Below are positions 28,487 through 32,000 of a stretch of 32,000 bases of DNA, one piece after another. Numbering within the stretch: the stretch's first letter is position 1; every line of letters begins with the position of its first letter. The notes beneath the pieces were generated by a model. It was not told the DNA's origin, did no database searches, and saw nothing but the letters and a program-made list of their open reading frames with translations. Source of the DNA: Hyphomicrobiales bacterium (GTDB lineage: Bacteria > Pseudomonadota > Alphaproteobacteria > Rhizobiales > Methyloligellaceae); contig JANQLP010000162.1 of the NCBI GenBank assembly GCA_028280515.1, positions 58,092 to 90,091 of the forward strand, in the 5' to 3' direction. The translations under genes and the position numbers were made by a program.

Positions 28487-29311
28487 ATGGCAAAAGCATT
28501 TTCAATATTGGTTTGGAATGTTGAACATTTCGGAGCCACAGACAAAAAGAAGAAAAAACCAAAGAAAAAAATCAAGCCGATCATAAAGAAAATTGCTGCT
28601 TCTAAAGCCGATATAGTCGCTATTATTGAAGTTCGAAGCAGCTTGGTTGCCGCAGAATTGATGAAGGAATTGCCTGATCACTTCTTTTTCATAACTGAAG
28701 GCGAGCAGATGCAGGAAATCCTGGTTGGAATTCGAAAATCCCTGCCCGCTTTCATCACCCAGAAGAACGAATTCCAGGCGGGCCAAACCACTCTTCGTCC
28801 TGGTTTATTGGTAACGCCGATGGTTGACGGTGAAGCCTATCCCCTACTTTTTCTCCACGTGAAATCAATGCCCGACCCGAGAGGGTTTGGCATACGCAAT
28901 TACATGACCAAAAAGGCGTTTGATTTCAGAAACGTTCTTAAGGATGCAATAGACGGCGAAACCCCAAACTACATCTTTCTTGGCGACCTCAACACGATGG
29001 GAATGAACTATTTCGGTTCGGACAAGGATATAAGCGGCGGGCGAGAGATAAAGGAACTGGCTGCAGCCGCCAAAAGACGCAACATGCGTTTGCTAAGCAA
29101 AGATCACTCAGCGACATATTGGAGCGAGGAATATGGGGAGAGTGATTTGGACCATGTCGTGGCCATGGATCATTTAAAATTCAAGACATTTGGCGGTAAA
29201 GAGGTTCGCGTTTCCGGCTGGAACAACAAAAATACCGATGCCGGGCGAAAGGAATGGGTCAAAAAATATTCCGACCATGCGATGCTTTATTTGGAAGTGC
29301 AAAAGGTCTGA
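28487..29311 (+). CDS. endonuclease/exonuclease/phosphatase (EEP, DNase-I fold) family protein in a low-GC island
   Basis: Ordered EEP catalytic blocks: 'WNVEHF' (N/E), 'DIVAIIEV' (metal Glu), 'LLFLHVKS' (His), 'FLGDLN' (Asp/Asn), 'SDLDHVV' and a C-terminal 'SDHAML' (Asp-His). GC is about 35-42% against about 62% in the flanks. The RBS is weak. Confidence 0.8.
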   Translation: MAKAFSILVWNVEHFGATDKKKKKPKKKIKPIIKKIAASKADIVAIIEVRSSLVAAELMKELPDHFFFITEGEQMQEILVGIRKSLPAFITQKNEFQAGQTTLRPGLLVTPMVDGEAYPLLFLHVKSMPDPRGFGIRNYMTKKAFDFRNVLKDAIDGETPNYIFLGDLNTMGMNYFGSDKDISGGREIKELAAAAKRRNMRLLSKDHSATYWSEEYGESDLDHVVAMDHLKFKTFGGKEVRVSGWNNKNTDAGRKEWVKKYSDHAMLYLEVQKV

Positions 29312-29500
29312 ACTCTGCCACCACTCGCCTCCGCACCTGTCCGCTCATAGACGAGTAGCCGCCATCCTTGTTGTGCCTCTCTATGTCATATCCCCGCGCG
29401 ATGTCTTCCGCTGCCCGTCCGCGTCAGATCTGGGGTCGTCGAGCGAGGCTTCGAAGGCACCGTAAGGCCTGGTCCCCCCGCTTCGTGTGATTGGCCCTAA

Positions 29501-30313
29501 ATGAATCCGGAAAATGGAACTATTCAAGGTGCCAAATTAGCGACTACCGTTGCGCCATATGTCGCCAGAAGCCGTCACGGAGCGAATGTGCTTACAAACT
29601 CTCTCGGCCAGCCCATTGGCCATCCAGTCCCGGACTGGCAACCCGTTTCGCCACCGCCTCATACACCGATGGAAGGGGCATTCTGCCGTGTTGAACCGCT
29701 CGATATCGATGTTCATGCAAGCGCGCTGTTCAAGGCTTTTCGCATGGACAAGGACAACCGGAACTGGACCTATCTCGGTTATGGCCCGTTCGAGACCGAA
29801 GCCGGTCTCCGCGACTGGATGGCTGCATCCTGCACGGGCAATGATCCCTTCTTTCATGCGATTGTGGACAACGACACGGACGACGCCGTCGGCGTCGCGA
29901 GCTACCTCCGGATCGAGCCGGCAGTCGGCGTTATCGAAACCGGGCACATTCACTATTCACCCCTGCTGCAACGCCGGCCCGCCGCCACCGAGGCGATGTT
30001 CCTGATGATGCGGCGGGTCTTTTCCGAGCTCGGCTATCGCCGGTATGAGTGGAAATGCGATGCCCTCAATGCGCCGTCACGGCGCGCGGCCGAACGGCTC
30101 GGTTTTCGCTTTGAAGGGATCTTCCGCCAGGCAACGGTCTACAAGGGCCGCAATCGGGATAGCGCCTGGTATTCCATTCTCGACCGCGAATGGCCCTTGC
30201 TCGAGCGTGCCTTTTGCCAGTGGCTCGATCCTGACAATTTCGATGAGCGCGGCCGGCAGAAAACCAGTCTGGCGGCATTCACGGAAAACGTGGAACGGGC
30301 TGAATCCGCTTAG
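29501..30313 (+). CDS. GNAT-family N-acetyltransferase (RimJ/RimL-like, Acetyltransf_3)
   Basis: 'RVEPLDIDVHASALF', 'VIETGHIHYSPLLQRRPAATEAMFLMM' and 'YRRYEWKCDALNAPSRRAAERLGFRFEG' fit GNAT motifs A/B of this subfamily. Confidence 0.75.
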   Translation: MNPENGTIQGAKLATTVAPYVARSRHGANVLTNSLGQPIGHPVPDWQPVSPPPHTPMEGAFCRVEPLDIDVHASALFKAFRMDKDNRNWTYLGYGPFETEAGLRDWMAASCTGNDPFFHAIVDNDTDDAVGVASYLRIEPAVGVIETGHIHYSPLLQRRPAATEAMFLMMRRVFSELGYRRYEWKCDALNAPSRRAAERLGFRFEGIFRQATVYKGRNRDSAWYSILDREWPLLERAFCQWLDPDNFDERGRQKTSLAAFTENVERAESA

Positions 30314-30421
30314 CGCAAGGATGCCCGTTCTACGCAACACGGCGCGACCATGTGTATATCGCCGCCCGCACTTGCGGCACGCCGACTGGCAGATCTTCCG
30401 GCTTAAAAGTACAGGCCCTGC

Positions 30422-31123
30422 TTACAGGTCGATCGCTTCCCCGACTTTCGCAACCACCACGTTCTGCCCCTTCGCATGGTCGATGAACTTATCGGGGGTC
30501 TGGTCGATGATCGGGAACGTGCCGTAGTGGATCGGGATCACGGTATCGAACTTGAAGAATTTGCCGCACGCCATCGCCGCGGTGCGCGCGCCCATGGTGA
30601 AGCGGTCACCGACCGGCACGAGCCCGACCTTCGGCTCAAAAATCTCGTTGATCAGGCCCATGTCGCCGAAAATCTCCGTGTCGCCCATGTGATACACGGT
30701 CGGTCCGCCCTTGGAGCGGATCACAAGCCCGCACGGATTACCGAGATAGATGGGCACGCCGTCGACCATGGTGCTGGCGGAGTGGTACGCCTTGACGAAG
30801 CTCACGTCGAAATCGCCGCAATCGATGGTGCCGCCCGGGTTGGCCGGCTCCATTTTTTCCACACCCTTGTTCGCGAGGTGGCTGACCAGTTCGAACACGC
30901 CGATCACGGTCGCATTGGTGCGTTTGGCGATATCGACCGTATCGCCCACATGGTCGTCGTGCCCGTGTGTGAGGGCGATGTGGGTGGTGCCGTCGCGGGC
31001 CTGTTCGATCGGCGTGCCGCTCTCCTCGAAGACGCCGTTTCCGGTCAGGAAAGGATCGATCAGCAGCACGCTCGATCCTGTTTCGATGCGAAAGGCCGAG
31101 TGCCCGAGCCAGGTCAGTTTCAT
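30422..31123 (-). CDS. metal-dependent hydrolase, MBL fold (UPF0173 family)
   Basis: 'MKLTWLGHSAFRIE' and 'LTHGHDDHVGD' (HxHxDH). ATG 31123 is preceded by GGAGGG; the upstream ATG 31135 lacks an RBS. Confidence 0.85.
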   Translation of the reverse strand: MKLTWLGHSAFRIETGSSVLLIDPFLTGNGVFEESGTPIEQARDGTTHIALTHGHDDHVGDTVDIAKRTNATVIGVFELVSHLANKGVEKMEPANPGGTIDCGDFDVSFVKAYHSASTMVDGVPIYLGNPCGLVIRSKGGPTVYHMGDTEIFGDMGLINEIFEPKVGLVPVGDRFTMGARTAAMACGKFFKFDTVIPIHYGTFPIIDQTPDKFIDHAKGQNVVVAKVGEAIDL

Positions 31124-31259
31124 AAGTCCCTCCAATGCGATGTAGGATGGTTGGCGTTGTTTTCAGTATTGCGTGCAGTATAAAGCCGCAACCGGTTCCA
31201 ACAACAAGATCGGGAATTAAATCGGTGCGTTATGCCGCGCCTGTCCTGGACACCACCAT

Positions 31260-31748
31260 ATGGCCGAAACCGAAACGCTGACGCTTGAAGGCCTTGCCGC
31301 GCACCTGCCGGCCGGGACCCGCCTTCTCGGTCTGGACCTCGGCACGAAGACCATCGGCCTCGCCCTCTCCGATACGTCCCGCCGCGTGGCCTCGCCCCTT
31401 GAGACCATCCCCCGGAAGAAATTCACACAAGACGTCAAATTGCTCATGGAAGCCGTCGAAAAGCATGATGTCTCGGCACTTGTCATTGGGCTGCCACTGA
31501 ACCTTGACGGCTCGGAGGGCCCGCGCAGCCAGGCAACCCGGGCATTCGTCCGCAACCTGCGCCAGCACACCGATCTGCCCGTGGTCTATTGGGATGAGCG
31601 CCTGTCGACCGTGGCGGCGGAGCGCACGCTTCTGGAAGCCGACACCAGCCGAAAGCGCCGGGCCGAGGTTATCGACAAGATGGCGGCCGCCTTCATCCTG
31701 CAGGGGGCCCTCGACCGCCTGAGCAACATCGCGGCAAACGAGAGCTGA
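31260..31748 (+). CDS. ruvX: Holliday junction resolvase-like / pre-16S rRNA nuclease RuvX (YqgF)
   Basis: '[17 protein letters not shown]', '[15 protein letters not shown]' and '[10 protein letters not shown]' are YqgF family signatures. Confidence 0.9.
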   Translation: MAETETLTLEGLAAHLPAGTRLLGLDLGTKTIGLALSDTSRRVASPLETIPRKKFTQDVKLLMEAVEKHDVSALVIGLPLNLDGSEGPRSQATRAFVRNLRQHTDLPVVYWDERLSTVAAERTLLEADTSRKRRAEVIDKMAAAFILQGALDRLSNIAANES

Positions 31749-31760
31749 GGAGAACCGGCC

Positions 31761-32000
31761 ATGTCAGGAGTGACCATTCTCGACATCGTTGCGGTGGCCT
31801 GGTTCTTTCTAATGACCATCGGATACGCCTTTGCCACCAACAAGGGCTTCCTGTCCCATGGTGGAATTGTCCAGGCCATCAACCAGAGGCGCGAGGAATG
31901 GATGGCCAACATGGCCATGCGGGACAACCGCATGGTCGACATTCAGGTGCTGGCCAACCTCGCGCGCGGCAATTCGTTCTTCGCCTCGACGTCGGTTCTC
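31761..32000 (+). CDS. DUF599 family membrane protein (3' end cut by window edge)
   Basis: ATG 31761, open to the window end (80 codons). 'RREEWMANMAMRDNRMVDIQVLANLARGNSFFASTS' resembles the DUF599 conserved core (from memory). It is absent from the ORF track because it is open-ended. Confidence 0.65.
   Translation, partial: MSGVTILDIVAVAWFFLMTIGYAFATNKGFLSHGGIVQAINQRREEWMANMAMRDNRMVDIQVLANLARGNSFFASTSVL

Noticed and set aside
29312-29470. Possible minus-strand gene remnant just downstream of the EEP gene. It translates to ...PYGAFEASLDD... and, in another frame, ...AAEDIARGYDIERHNKDGGYSS..., faintly reminiscent of an Mrr/restriction-endonuclease core.
   Set aside because: It has no start codon. 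It needs a frameshift and contains in-frame stops. The similarity is only a few residues from memory, and no matching other half was found at the left island boundary. It is too weak to call a pseudogene, but worth a blastx.
30476-31183. 235-aa + strand ORF
   Set aside because: It is antisense to the MBL-fold hydrolase, which carries the HxHxDH motif.

Overview
High-GC (about 60-65% by eye) chromosomal segment. The gene content, TRAP transporters and 'PAKAGIQ'-type palindromic intergenic repeats suggest an alphaproteobacterium (inference; no database search was possible). I support about 38 protein-coding genes, mostly housekeeping or metabolic: a patatin-like lipase (5' truncated), an SDR, ubiG, glutathione peroxidase, a GntR/HAD divergent pair, epoxide hydrolase, a TrpF-family paralog, a TRAP transporter in Q-M-P order, an IalB-like protein, a YfcG-like GST, qor, an EamA exporter, a gatC-gatA-ridA-aroQ-gatB operon, a YbaK-type deacylase, a DHDPS-family lyase, a GNAT, an MBL-fold hydrolase, ruvX and a DUF599 gene (3' truncated). 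Three loci stand out. (1) 6010-10520 is a complete ptxABCDE-type phosphite uptake and oxidation operon, recognised from strong resemblance of the 340-aa dehydrogenase to PtxD; a Pho-box-like element lies upstream. This is a known system that is often mis-annotated. (2) About 28330-29311 is a roughly 1 kb low-GC (about 40%) single-gene island. It encodes an apparently catalytically intact endonuclease/exonuclease/phosphatase (DNase-I fold) protein with a poly-lysine tract, and a perfect 11-nt inverted repeat brackets it. This is the best candidate for something horizontally acquired and uncharacterised, but I cannot assign it a function or show it is a multi-gene system. (3) 12202-12795 is a dense mosaic of nested palindromic repeats, flanked by a duplicated copy of the 3' end of the neighbouring gene. 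I found no rRNA, tRNA, CRISPR array, transposase or integrase. Many long ORFs in the track are antisense or alternate-frame artefacts of high GC and were rejected.
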